Source: Octopus sinensis
Lineage: Eukaryota
Assembly: GCF_006345805.1 (NCBI RefSeq)
Contig: NW_021835424.1
Coordinates: 1-43,717, forward strand
Direction: 5' to 3'
DNA length: 43,717 bases
Part shown: piece after piece, positions 21,247 to 34,598 of the stretch
Layout: every line of letters starts with the position of its first letter
Position numbering within the stretch: the first letter of the stretch is position 1
Notes under the pieces: generated by a model
Seen by the model: only the letters and a program-made list of their open reading frames with translations
Told to the model about the DNA's origin: nothing
Database searches by the model: none
Position numbers and translations under genes: made by a program

Positions 21247-22695
21247 GATATATATATATATATATGTATGTATGTATGTAGTATAAAACATAAAGCTACA
21301 GGAAATAGATTGATAGATAGGGGGAGATAAATGAATTATGTAATATTTATATGGATGCGTTCATCCTGAGTCGTCGAAGAATATATTTCTAGAGCAGTAT
21401 ATTGCTTAACGCACACAGCCTAACATGCACATGAATACACGTATATCAACGTGAGTGTGTGTTTTGTGTATGTGTGTTGTGTATGTGTGTCTGTGTACAC
21501 TTGTAAGTATAATTGCACGTGAATGTGTGTATGCGTATGGAGACAGAGAGACAGACAGGGAGAGAGTGAGAGAGAGAAATCGAAAGGGATGATGAACTTG
21601 TAGTCAGTGACAAAATGTTGATGAATGGAGATATTTCTATTCAACACACCAATTCTTTCTCTCTCTCTTTCTCACTGTCTCTCACCCTTTATATACACAT
21701 ACATACGTACATACATATATATATACATATATACATACATACTATATATGTGTGTGTGTGTGTGTGTATGTGTGTGTGTGTGTTAGTTTAATCTTGGGTA
21801 ATATATCTACTGATAAACATAGATATAACTATTTGTAATTGCATATATATATATATGTATGTATGTGTGCATATACACATACCTGTATGTCCACGTGAAC
21901 TGTGTGCAGATATACATATTGATAAATGGACGTGTTACAGTATTCGCAGGCCGTTGTAAATCAAGAATTACCAAAGAAGAACCAATATTTGCGAAGCATG
22001 TGTGTTTGTTTTCCACATAGTCTCACTTTAACTTTGTCTCAGCAGACACAGACACACACTCAGACACACACACACGAGCACACACACACACACACGTACG
22101 CGGGCAAACTTATTGTGTAGTGCATACAGGCTGCTGTGAGTGATTTATAGATTGAATGGAAGCATATTGAACACTTAACTGTAACCAATAACATGTCCTA
22201 CTGAAGAATTTGGAGACTGTTTTAGAAGATTTCGTGTTGCACCTCTCTTTACACCCCCTTTCTCTCTCTCTCTCTCTCTCTCTCCATTTCTCTCTCTCAT
22301 CTCCACACTCCAACTCACAATATCTTACTTGATCATATATAATACTGATACACAAACACACACACACTCACATACATACATATATGGATAGATATATAGA
22401 GACAGAGACAGAGACAGACAAACAAAGAGAGCGAGAAAGAGAAGCATATATATGCATGTATATTTGCATAAATATACATATGTATACATACAATTACACA
22501 CAGACGCACACGCAAGAATACATTAATATATGTACTTATGCTTGCATACATATGTATTATAATATATATTATGTATATATATATATGTATATATATATAT
22601 GCACATATATATATGCATATGTATATGTATATGGGTGTGGTGTGTGTCAGTATTTGTGGTGTGTATATATATCATATATACACATATATGTGTGT

Positions 22696-22752
<57 letters not shown>

Positions 22753-22806
22753 ATATATATATTTATATATTATATATATATATATATTATATATATATAT
22801 ATATAT

Positions 22807-22901
<95 letters not shown>

Positions 22902-23763
22902 TGATATGTATTTCGTAATGCATATTTTCACCCCACCCCCTCCTCCAAACCTATCGATATATCCTTTGGTTACGTCTCCCGAACAGAGTAAAAAATAGTG
23001 CTCTGTACTCTATGAACAGGGTAATAATACATTGTGTTATGCAAGCAAAATATCTACTGTGAAAATAAAGCTAGGATAACATATTAAAGTAAATGCGGAT
23101 CTTTGATTTATCCGAGACTTAAGTACTTAACTTCCTACCGCGTTCGTAAATGTATACGACTGCGCCCTCCGAATCAGGTATTTCTATTTGCTTTTATGTG
23201 GCTGTGGTTTGACTTTCGAGTTTATTATTTGAGTTTATTGTTTTTGCATGTGCAAGACAAATATTCCGCTTACGAATGTGTCCTTGTTGCTGTGTGAGTG
23301 TGTGTGTGTGTGTGTGAGTGTGCGAGTGAATGTGTGTATATATATATATACATATGTGTATATATGTATATGCATGTAGATCTATGAAAACCGGGAGTCC
23401 ATGAAAACACGCGAAGCAAGAGTGAGTTACAAACAATTGTAAATAGATAAATACTCTGAGCATTTAAATGCATAAATGATGTTTACAGCGCGTAGTGCTC
23501 CCACCGGTGGTTCTGCTACTCCTCACACCAATATCCTATCTCGCACTCCGAAAGCGGAACATGCCCAAACCTTGTCACCACAACGTCCCTTCTTTATTCC
23601 TATTATAATGCCTAAACTCCCTATGTTTTTCAACCGACTTTAACTATGAGCCCCTTTGATTCCTACTTTAATAATGAGGGGACCCTCGTAGCTATTCGAT
23701 GTCTAAAAAATCCTATTAGATTTTTATAACTAAGTATTATTAGGACTTGCTAAAACTTTGATA

Positions 23764-23970
23764 AGATGGTGAGCTTGTAGAATCGTTAGCACGCTGAACG
23801 AAATGCTTAGTGGTCTTTCGCCTGTAGCTCCGTTCTGAGTTCAAATTCCGCTGATCGACTTTGCCTTTCATCCTTTCGGGGTCGATAAACTAAGTACCAG
23901 TGAAACACTGCAGTCGATGTAATCGACTTGGCCCCTCTCCCAAAATTGTGCCTATAGTAGAAAAGATTAT
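23764..23970 (+). mobile_element. SINE-A, tail variant ii
   Basis: ggtgagcttgtagaatcgttagcacg...gagttcaaattccg...gccccctctcccaaaattgtgcctatagtagaaaagattatt-type tail. Confidence 0.85.
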
Positions 23971-24036
23971 TAGGACTTGTTAGCATATTTTGTCCGTTTC
24001 ATCGTCGATATCACCATCATTATCAATTTCACCATC

Positions 24037-24332
24037 AACAGCTTGGGTTTAGGGACCCACAACCCTTCAATATCCTTCCAAAATGCCCGAGTGACCTGTA
24101 TTTTGTGGATGTAGGGTCTTCAGAAGAGAACTCAATCTCATTTCAGATGAGCCTACTTCACGACAGGAAACACAGATGACGGCAGAAGCATCAAACTCCC
24201 TCATTCATCAAATGCCGGTATATCAGAGAAGGTTTCAAATAGTGGTGTAACACAGTCAACGAGGGTGCCCCAGCACGGCCGCAGCTTTAGAGCTGAAACA
24301 CTTTGAATAATTTAAAGAATTTGAAGAATTTA
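24037..24332 (+). mobile_element. 3' fragment of a second CR1-like lineage
   Basis: NSLGFRGPQ.FNILPK / DEPTSRQETQMTAEASNSLIHQM align with the end of the 8560-10275 ORF; tail gggtgccccagcacggccgcagctttagagctgaaac followed by gaattt-type repeats. Confidence 0.85.
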
Positions 24333-24513
24333 TTCTAGAAATATAACCAAACTATTGCAGATAAATTTTAACCTAGGACTTATTTTTTGTAAGCCTACTA
24401 CTTATTCTATCGGTCTCTTTTTGCTGAAGCGCTAAGTTACGGGAACGGGAACACACCAACACCAGTTGTTAAGCGATGGTGGGGGACAAAAACAGACACA
24501 CACACAAATACAT

Positions 24514-24589
<76 letters not shown>

Positions 24590-25966
24590 TATATATATAT
24601 ATATATATATATATACGAGCAAAACACCCCCCGTCCAATGGACGGTGCTGATTTGTCAAATATTTAAACCAAATTTTCTCATGACAACTTGTCCGACCGT
24701 CCCATAGGCTTCCTCTTTGAGAAACACTGATTTAACCTACATTTGAGACACCAGCAAAAGAAGAAATAAAGATAGACTTTTCTTCTATTCCAAAGAAAAA
24801 CGATTTTATTCACACAAATATGCAACCGAAGAGTTTAAAGTGCCAGTAATGATAAGGCTGTTGACTTGGAGAATACAAACATGGTTTAAACACTAAGCTT
24901 GGCAGGAAAGAAACGTGTCTTTAAGCAGTACAAAAACAAGAAAAAATGGAAGGTGCAGGCTGACGGAAGAAAAGCAGGACAAAAACGATGCATGGAAATG
25001 GGTTAGCTGGAGGTAAATCTAGATGGAAAAGCATGATGAATTTATGAGAACGTACCTGGGACAATAATAAGTTTATCTGATAAAACATGTAGGAAATCAA
25101 CGTGCATTTTTCTCTCGTACTCGTAATATCGATCGCAACAGCTGATGTACTTGCACATACAAATGCACGTTTCCACGGCTTTTTTGATCGCATTCTCACC
25201 TGGAATCGATTTTTGTAATTTTTTCAAGACTTATACACGCCCTGATACCATCCACATCTACATATCAAATTCGAGCGCAGTCGGATGCAGGATGCCCGAG
25301 ATCCCAGAAGACACACACACAGACAGACAGAACGGATTTTATATAATATATATGCGACGGGCTTCTATAATTTAGAGGAATTTATCTATAAATATAAATA
25401 CAATATGTGACAATTAGTTGGTTGCCATAATAAAGAGTTTCGGATGGCGGGGCTGAAGTCTGCTCCGGCATCTCATCCGTTATTAAGACAAACAAAATCG
25501 CTATGAAAAAGAACAGTTGAATAAAGGTAAATTACTCAAATAGGCATGGTGAAAGTAATACTTCATTCATAGAATCTGCATGTATGTGCACGTGCGTATA
25601 GACTACGTTTTGTATATTCGCGTATGTATGTGTACGTGCCTATAGAGATGTGTATATGAATATAATGATGCGTGCTTGGATATATATATATATAATACGT
25701 GTGCATGTGCGTGTATGCATGTATTGTATATATGTATAGACATATATATATGTGTGTGTTTGTATGTATAAGTACACGCATGTGTGAGTAGGTATATAGA
25801 TATATATATACACCCACATGTGTGTGTGCGTACGTGTATATATATGTGCGTGTACATATGTGTATATGCAGATTCTATGAACGAAGTTTTACTTTCCCCA
25901 CGTCTATTGGAGTAATTTCCCTTTATTCAACGTTTTTTTTTCCCCCCATAGCGTTTTTGTTTCTCT

Positions 25967-26027
25967 TAATAACTGATGAGATGCCAGAGCAGACTTCAGC
26001 CTCGGAATCCGAAACTGAGTTTTATTA
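25967..26027 (+). ncRNA. Minimal type I hammerhead, unit 1 (core intact)
   Basis: taataa-CTGATGA-gatgcc...ggaatcc-GAAA-ctgag-TT-ttatta: 6-bp stem I, near-palindromic stem III, GUU triplet, stem II with bulge and mismatch. Confidence 0.6.
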
Positions 26028-26186
26028 TGACAACCAGCTATTTGTCACATATTACTTTCTCCACTCCGTTTTTTTCTCCTTATTTAAAACGGTCATTCTA
26101 ATAGCTCTTTTTGTCTGAATAACAGTCAATTACATAGTAATTTCCCTTTGTATAACGGTCATTTTCATAGCATTTTTTTATTGTCT

Positions 26187-26249
26187 TAATAACTGACCAG
26201 ATGCCAGAGCAGATTTCCGTCCCAACATCCGAAACTCAGAGTTTTATTA
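26187..26249 (+). ncRNA. Minimal type I hammerhead, unit 2 (G8>C)
   Basis: taataa-CTGACCA-gatg...catcc-GAAA-ctcagag-TT-ttatta; the core mutation is predicted to inactivate it. Confidence 0.5.
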
Positions 26250-26348
26250 TGGCAACCGGATAATTGTCACATATTATATTACAGATAAATTCTTCTATTT
26301 ACATAATATCGAGGTCTCATTCATCCTTTTGTTGTCTTACCATTACTA

Positions 26349-26385
<37 letters not shown>

Positions 26386-27306
26386 ACTATAAACAATAAT
26401 AAAACCGTTTTAAAAGAAATTTTAATGAGACAAAACTAACAGTAAAATGGAAAATTATTCTTATTTTTATATACTTCCACTTTGAATTATATATGAAAAG
26501 TTTTCTCCTAATTTTTTAATTACAGAGTCTTTGATTAGGTCCTTAATATGATTACATGAACATTTCGAAATAATATTTTCGATCATGTTTTCTTTAAATA
26601 TTATTTTAGCACGTTTAAAGTGATTTCTTTTGTGCTGTAAGCGATTTACCATTTCTGAGGTGCCAACCTTCCCGTGATGCCCTAAGCACGTGCTTATTTT
26701 GCTTAGTGGTTAATCCAGCGCCGATGCACACGCCTCTTTTTTTAAGAGATTGGTAGAAAAGAGAGTGCATCCAAAGATTTCTTCAGTGTTCGCCATGGTA
26801 TTGGACATATTCAAAACGTTTCAAATTACATTTGTTATTTAATATGACAATTGGTTTGCTTCGCTTTCTATCCTCACAGAGAACAACGAAAATAGTAACG
26901 CAGACGACATTTAGCTTGCAAAAGAAAAGCAAACAAAAAAAGAAAGAAAGAAGAAAACAGATTAAAGAAGGAAACGGCGGGAGATTATAAGACAGACGGT
27001 TCTGTCAAGTAAATACGAATCACCAACGTGTGCAACATCATCGTTTGCGATGGATGAAATTAGCATGCGCGAAATCTTGGTGTCCGTTCAAGAATATAAC
27101 TATATATACATACATACACACATACACATATGCATAGATGCATACACGCACACGAATACACACACACACACGCATACACGCACATAGATATATCTATGAA
27201 TAGATAGATGCATACATATATATACGCAGAATATATATGTGTGTGTGTGTATGTGTGTGTGTGTGTGTGTGTGTATAAATATATATATTGTATATATATA
27301 CTTATA

Positions 27307-27380
<74 letters not shown>

Positions 27381-27381
<1 letters not shown>

Positions 27382-27902
27382 TCATTGGAGTGACTTCGTC
27401 ACAAACATTGAAGTCTTGGAGCGAGCCGAGATACCCAGCATTGAAGCCACTCTACTAAAGTACCACCTCCGATGGGCAGGGCATGTCTCCAGAATGGAGA
27501 ACCATCGCCTTCCTAAAATTGCTCTGTTTGGCGAACTCTCCACCGGCCACCAAGTGAGAGGAGCTTCGAGGAAGCGCTACAAAGACTGCCTCAAGAAGTC
27601 TCTAACAGCATGTCAAATTAACCACCAATGCTGGTCAGACCTGGCTGCGGACCGTGATGTCTGGCGCCACACGATCTTCAATGCAGTTAGCAAGTTTGAG
27701 GAACAAAGAAGAGACACACTTAAAGACAAGAGACACAGGAGGAAGGCGCGAGCCGCCTCTGACACCACACCGGATGTTATCTTCGTCTGTGGATACTGCT
27801 CACAGAGCTGCCTTTCCCATATCGGACTTGTCAGTCATGAGCGTGCATGCACGCGAAGTGGACAGCCTTCCTGATCTTCGTTCGCGAAGCCGAGCCATGA
27901 TG

Positions 27903-27904
<2 letters not shown>
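27381..27904 (+). mobile_element. RTE-clade LINE, 5'-truncated 3' end (ORF2 C-terminus with C2H2-like motif and short UTR)
   Basis: [15 protein letters not shown]...LRWAGHVSRMENHRLPKIALFGEL..G.QVRGASRKRYKDCLK...DLAADRDVWR...CGYCSQSCLSHIGLVSHERAC; UTR atcttcgttcgcgaagccgagcc then (atg)n; inserted in (TA)n; ~164 codons open. Confidence 0.93.
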
Positions 27905-27951
<47 letters not shown>

Positions 27952-27994
27952 ATATATATATATGGTGTGTGAATGTATGTATATATAACTGTAG

Positions 27995-28026
<32 letters not shown>

Positions 28027-28502
28027 CATACATAGACACACATCGTTGCATACCCGCATACCCGCATACCCACATACCTACATATCCCCAAACCCAGCAT
28101 GACTCAAATGAACTGAAAGATGTCCGCCCGCCTTCTAAGTGCTCCATGAACCTGAATCCAATAAAAGACCACCAAGTAGCAGTCCATATCACAGGACATA
28201 CGACGCGCTACAATTATTCACTTTCGGCAAATATCAAGGCGCAGAATGTGCTGTTATTCAGTTATGAAATCCCGCAATTTCATGCCTGCGCATGCTTAGA
28301 GACTCTTTCGCTATGTCGTATGAAAGCCTTACATAGTGGATACGATGCTTCCTCTTTATAGCTGTCAAAAACTGCAAAACTGGAACAATCTTCCTGAAAT
28401 TATTTATATATCTGAGTGTATATATGTGTACAGACACACACGCACAAACATGTATATGTACATACATACGTATATATACACATCCACACACACACACACA
28501 CA

Positions 28503-28569
<67 letters not shown>

Positions 28570-28919
28570 TAAAACACGTGTGGTCACATAAACACACATG
28601 CATACACACACACGCATAAACATTCATGGCGAATAGACATCCATGCGTGTACGTACCTTCCCGTAGATACCCATATATATATAATATATATATATATATA
28701 TAGATATATATATATATATATATAATACAGTGGAAACAGTGTGTTATGATGTAGCTCTTTCATTAAAATTGACGAGCTGACACATAATTTACGATCATAA
28801 GTAAGAGAACTGAATTGGGACAGTAGATGTAAATGTGTGTGCGTGTGCATGCTCCTATGCTCTGTGTGTGTGTATGTGTGAGAAAGAGAGAGAGTTTATG
28901 TATGTTTATATATATCTGC

Positions 28920-29078
28920 GCAGGAGTGGCTGTGTGGTAAGTAGCTTGCTTAGTAACCTCATGGTTCCAGTTTCAGTCCCACTGCGTGACACCTTGGGCA
29001 GGTGTTTTCTACTATAGCTTTGGGCCGACCAAAGCTTTGTGAGTGGATTTGGTAAACGGAAACTGTAAGAAGCCCGTC

Positions 29079-29121
<43 letters not shown>

Positions 29122-29383
29122 ATATACATGTGTGTGTGTGTGTGCGTGTGTTTGTGTGTGTGTGTGTGCGTGTGTTTGTGTGTTTGTGATTGTTCCCCAC
29201 CCCAAACGTCGCTTAACAACCGATGCTGGTGTGTTAACGTGCCCGTAACCTAGTGGTTCAGCAAAAGAGACCGATAGAATAAGTACTAGGCTTACAAAGA
29301 ATAAGTCCTGGGGGTCAATTTGCTCGATTAAAGGCGATGCTCCAGCATGGCCGTAGTCAAATGACTGAAACAAGTAAAAGAAT
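28920..29383 (+). mobile_element. SINE-B, full length with internal (TA)n(TG)n
   Basis: Head caggagtggctgtgtggtaagtagc through tail ccagcatggccgtagtcaaatgactgaaacaagtaaaag. Confidence 0.92.
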
Positions 29384-29804
29384 ATATTATATATTTACAC
29401 ACATACATGCGCATACACAAACACACACGCACACACACATGCACACTCACACATACACGCACAATATTTTGTTATGTGGATTCCCAAGAATCAAGGCATA
29501 TCAACACGTAGGACGCCAGAAATGGTTTCGTACGATATCATACCGATACAGCTGTCGAAAACGCCATTTGTATATGCTAATGTATATGTGTGTAGGTGTA
29601 TGCGTGTGTATGTGTATGTGTATGTGTGTCTGTGTGCGCGCGCATGTCTGTGTGTGATTCTTTGAGTGTGTTGTCACGCACCACCGCTCGATAATCAGTG
29701 TTGGCTTTCTTACGTCCATATGACATCGGATTGGCAAAAAGAGACTGATAGAATAGGTACCAGGCTTTAAAAGTAAGTGCTGGGACCGATTTGTTTGCGT
29801 AAAG

Positions 29805-30358
29805 CATAAGCTCTCAATCCTTTCTTTTACCTATGGACCCCTTTGATTACCAGTTTATTCTGGTAGACCCCTATAGCCATTCAATGGTTAAAAACTAGAT
29901 TTATAGAAACTTCTTTCAAAATTCTTATTCTGTTTTCCACCCATTCACTTGTGTACGTTGATCTAAGTAAAATGTTAAAGGAAGACACCTGGCTGTTTCT
30001 TGCAATACACACCAATACAGCGGTATTTCGTCTGACTTGGCGGCATTTTGTCCGTCTTCACGTTCTGAGTTCAAATTCCATCGAGGTCGACTTTGTCTTT
30101 CATCCTTTCAGGGTCGATAAATTAAGTACCAGTTGCGTACTGGAGTCCATCTAATCCACTGCCCTCTTGCCAACAAATTTCAGGCCTTGTGCCTAGAGTA
30201 GAAAAGAATATATACCAATAAATACGTCTAGAGCAGAATTTTTTCAGGGGCTTTTAAAATACTACTGTGAATCCCCAATTTACAATTTTGTTGTGTAGAC
30301 CCCTGAAAATCTTATATGAACCCTCAGGGGACTTATGGAGCTTGGTTGAGAACAACTG
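29805..30358. mobile_element. hAT-like MITE inserted in a SINE-B and itself containing a SINE-A
   Basis: Right end ggttgagaacaactg (reverse complement cagttgttctcaacc); decayed left end cataagctctcaatcc; 8-bp flanks gcgtaaag / gcccaaag; SINE-B sequence resumes at 30367; related fragment near 23620-23720. Confidence 0.55.
30030..30210 (+). mobile_element. SINE-A, 5'-truncated, tail variant ii
   Basis: gttctgagttcaaattcc...gtcgataaattaagtaccag...ccttgtgcctagagtagaaaaga. Confidence 0.8.
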
Positions 30359-30836
30359 GCCCAAAGCCTTGAAGGCGCACTGCCCCAGCATGGCCGCAGT
30401 TCAGTGACTGAAAGAAGTGAAGATAAAAGATACACACACACACATGCGTACACTCACAGGACCAAATTTTGACTATTATACTTAAACCATTGCAATCTAT
30501 CAGGTGTTTCTTTTGATCACCCAATCAGGTTTATCCACGTATTTGCTGCTGCTTGGCTCAATATCACTTCTTCTCCAACAGACGTATTAGCAAAGTTGTT
30601 CCAATCGAGAAAAATCTTTCCACGTAGACTTTGATTATTCCATTCTGATGTTTGTAACCGGCTACACGATGGCGTAGAATAGTCACGGGCCAACTATACC
30701 TGTAATACTTTTAGTAGTGCGGCCCGCCTGGTAATGGGCCATGTCTCGTGCAACCCATTTCTCGCAAAGGTTTCCAAAGCTTGGCGTAGGCCCTCGATCA
30801 TTATCTGATTCATTTATGAATCATTTGATTATGTTG

Positions 30837-31052
30837 CGAAGGTGACGAGCAAACACAATCGTTAGCACGCCGGACAAAATGCTTGATGGCATTTTGTCCG
30901 TCTTCACGTTCTGAGTTCAAATTCCGTTGAGGTCGACTTTGTCTTTCATCCTTTCGGGGTCGATAAAGTAAGTACCAGTTGAGAACTGGGATCGATATAA
31001 TCGACTCCCCTCCTCCGACATTGCTGGCCTTGAGCAAAAATTTGAAATCATT
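30837..31052 (+). mobile_element. SINE-A
   Basis: aatcgttagcacgccggacaaaatgc...gagttcaaattcc...gggtcgataaagtaagtaccag. Confidence 0.8.
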
Positions 31053-31119
31053 TAATTATGGTGAACCTGGTATAGTCAAATTTGACTAAGTTCATTTTCC
31101 CCGGAGTGACACAAATATC

Positions 31120-31565
31120 CAGAGACATGGAGAAAATGGGTTATGTGGCAAAAGGTTCACTTCCCAACCACATGGTTCCAGGTTCAATTTCCCTGCGTGG
31201 CACCTTGGGCAAGTGTCTTCTACTATAGCTTCGGGCCGATCAAAGCCTTGTAAGTAAATTTTTAGGCGGAAGCTGAAAGAAGCGTTTCATGTGTGTGTGT
31301 GTGTGTGTACGTGCGTGTGTGTGTGTGCGCACGCATATGTGTGCGCGTGTGTATTTGTGTGTCTGTGTTTGTCCCCCACCACCGTTTGACAACCGGTGTG
31401 TATGTGTTTACGTCTCCGCAACATAGCGGTCCTGCAAAAGACACAGGTAAGAACCAGGCTTTAAAAAATAAGTCCTGGGATCGAACCACCCGACTAGAAA
31501 TTCTTCGAGGCGGTGCCCCAGCATGGCCGTAATCTGATGACTGAAATAAGTAAAAGATGAAAGCA
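31120..31565 (+). mobile_element. SINE-B
   Basis: cccaaccacatggttcc...gcaccttgggcaagtgtcttctactatag...(TG)n...ggcggtgccccagcatggccg tail. Confidence 0.88.
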
Positions 31566-31994
31566 ATATATTTATTTTTACTGCTCTGATAAGAAAGAAA
31601 TGGAGCGTCCAAGCACCATTATTTTTTCAAGGGTGTCCGAATTGGGTTGGAGTAAGGGAAGAAGTTATCCACAAACCGGAGGCTTCACTTAAATGCTTGA
31701 AATTAAGTCGAATTTGCACAAGGTACTCAAGGACCAGTGGGTGATGTTAAGCCAGGCGACGGATTCGGTCTACTAACCAAGAAATCCACCGCAGACTCAG
31801 AACGTAAAGTGCCGAAATAAACAATCGCTCTACCGATTATACCAATCCATCCGCCCTTTAACTTGTACCTTATTTTATCGACACCAAAGTGAGATGGAAA
31901 GCAAATTGACCTCGATAATGTCCGGTGGTTTCTGCTATTAATTTCGGGCATGTTTTATGTTTGTCTTGGGTTTTTAATTATTTTCTCCCTTTGT

Positions 31995-32250
31995 GGAGGC
32001 ATTTGGACAAGTGGTTAGTGTTTTGCACTCACGATTGCTATACCATGGCTTCGAATCCCGAACCGGCGGTGCGTTGTGTTCTTGTGCAAGTCCCTTCATT
32101 TCACGTTACTCTAGTTCACTCTGCTGTAAATGGGTCGCCATCCTGTTACAGAATAGACTTCCGATCAAAGGGAATGATGGCCTGCTCGCCTGACCAGTGG
32201 GACGGCGTCATTGAAAAGCTCAAGAAATGATGCAAAGCGCATGGTAAGCA
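31995..32250 (+). mobile_element. Third tRNA-derived, CORE-like SINE family (related fragment on minus strand near 6270-6360)
   Basis: ggacaagtggttag (A-box-like), ggcttcgaatcccg (B-box-like), gcgttgtgttcttgtgcaagtcccttcatttcacg...ctgtaaatgggt. Confidence 0.55.
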
Positions 32251-32846
32251 GCGATGTATAACAACATCCGATAGTCTGACCGATGTCGTGGTACTGTGGT
32301 TTTCCTATTAGCAAAGCCATCACATTATTTTTTGTGAAATTAAGGCTACGAATGGGCAGAATCATTTGCCCACCGGACAAAAAGCCTTACGTTTTGAATT
32401 CAAACGTCGCCGAGGTCGACTTTGCCTTCCATCCTTTCGGAATCGATACAATAAATACCAGTTAAATACTGGGATCGATGTAATCGACTTGTCCCCTTCC
32501 TTCAAAACTGCCTTGTTCCAATATTAAAACAAAATATTTTTTGGTGGAATTTAATGCAGAATGCTAATGTTCTCAACTATAGTCTTCCAGTTGATTTTGT
32601 TGCTCAGGGTATTTTTCCTTCCGTTCAAATGAATCCGCTGCTCTAACATAGGCGATACCATATATTTAGAGGTTAGAATGATTCTCAATACAACCTTGAA
32701 GATAGTTTCAATTGTGTCCAAAAGTAACGGTGACAGTTTCACAGCAACAATGCGTGCTTATAAGAGCTTAAGAAACACGGCCTTTCATTTTAAGTGTCAA
32801 AAACACGTTTGATTGAACCTTCAGAACCATAAAAGCCAGCCAACAG

Positions 32847-32910
32847 GACGACCTTCACATGAAGATAATGGCATTCTTATTGTCGAAGAATCATTTGGAA
32901 AGGTTGCAAA
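32847..32910 (+). CDS. Candidate small exon of an unknown gene
   Basis: caacAG|...GCAAA|GTGAGT with a perfect +1 to +6 donor; two frames are open (RPSHEDNGILIVEESFGKVA or DDLHMKIMAFLLSKNHLERLQ); acceptor lacks a pyrimidine tract. Confidence 0.2.
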
Positions 32911-33404
32911 GTGAGTATCCATTGGTCCATGCAGGAACCTCATCAATTTCAGATCACACAGCGGTTTCTATAACGAAATGCTACAAGACATTTGCATAAT
33001 TTTGGTTAGGGTAAAAACCTCTCTCTCTCTCTCTCTCTCTCTCGCTCTCTCCCCTCTTTCTCTCTCTCTCTCTCTCTCACAGACACACACACACACATAC
33101 ACACGCATACACACACACATATGCAAGGAAACAGAAGAGAAGCTCTTAAAAACAAAGCTACCGAAGAATCAAAGAGAATTTATCGAGAATGGAATTTACA
33201 AAGATTGATCAGAAGTTAGAAATGTCGAGTAGAAATATAGGCATGGCACAAGAAGAATAAGGCTAATGTAGATCACCATCACGTGATAACACTGGTCAGT
33301 TGCTATATCACGTATACTTACGGAAGCCAGCGAAATTCTACGCCAACTGCATCGAAAAGGATACGCAATCTACAAGCACCCTCCCGCTTTATTCGTTTAT
33401 TTAT

Positions 33405-33725
33405 TGTTTGTGGTTAAGAAGCTCGCTTCGCGGCCACGCAGATTAAGGTTCAATCCTACTACGCGGCACCTTTGGCAGGTGTCTTCTACTACAGCCCCGG
33501 GCCGACCAATGCCATGGAAATGAAACTGTGTGGTCTGTATGTACATGCGCGCGCGAGTCTTTGTGTTTGCGTTTGTCGCACACCACTGCTTGACAACTGG
33601 TTTGTTTTTGTACTTCTATCTAGCGGTTCGCCAAAAGAGAACGATAGTCTAAGAAGCAAGATTTTATCATCTAAGTACAGGAGTCGATCTGTTCCCTTCA
33701 AGTCGATCTAAACCCTTCAAGGCGA
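33405..33725 (+). mobile_element. SINE-B, diverged, tail truncated
   Basis: tgtggttaagaagctcgc...ggcaggtgtcttctactacagccccgggccgacc...tagcggttcgccaaaagagaacgatag. Confidence 0.75.
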
Positions 33726-34382
33726 ACAGATCAATCATTGTCGCAGTTCACCGACTGATATTCTGACGGCTGATATCCAGTTATTCTGAAAATTGTTTTA
33801 AAATGATAAATCTTAAAAAGACATCGTCGTCCACCATAATCCAGCGTTTGCAATACTTTTTTCGTCTGGCGTTAACAGCCCTTCTTATCTTGTTCTCCTT
33901 GTCCTGTCTCTCACTGTTATATATTTATTTTTCCACTGTTTATATATATATTTTTTACTGTTTATATGTTTGTACTGTCGTTACCGTCTTGCTTTTTTTA
34001 CCCCTCTGCGAAAAGATCTCAGAATTTTAATTGATTTGCTTTTCGCAGGAAGGAAGTTTTCTTCGAAGTATACGTCTCGCTTTTATCCTTCGAAACGTTT
34101 AGTAGATGAAACCTTAGCGACTGAAGAAGGGGATTTTCGTTGTGCTTATTGTCCTGTAATCTCTTTTTTTGCTTGTCTTTTTCCTTGGTTTTGGTCTATG
34201 TTTTTCGTCTCTCTATGTGTTCGACGTCTTTTTTGGTGTCCTGTACACATATATGCGTGTATATGTACATGTAGAGGTAGGTAGGTACATATTGTTTATA
34301 TATATGCATATATTCTATTTTTATTAACATATATATATATATATATAAATATATATATATACATACACATATATATATAATC

Positions 34383-34421
<39 letters not shown>

Positions 34422-34470
34422 TAGACAGACAGACAGACAGAGACAGAGACAGAGAGATAGACAGATAAAC

Positions 34471-34543
<73 letters not shown>

Positions 34544-34565
34544 TACATAAATATGCATACAGATG

Positions 34566-34598
<33 letters not shown>

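Larger units (their letters stand above)
25911..26276 (+). repeat. Head-to-tail tandem of a ~220-nt unit, each copy carrying a hammerhead motif
   Basis: agtaatttcccttt...tcttaataactga...gatgccagagcaga...atccgaaact...gttttattatg...tgtcacatatta occurs twice (25911-26054, 26136-26276), with a partial third leader between them. Confidence 0.85.

Noticed and set aside
25060-25330. CpG-richer stretch with a minus-strand CAG|GTGAGA donor at 25200/25199
   Set aside because: A lone donor-like site is common by chance and there is no supporting promoter or ORF evidence.
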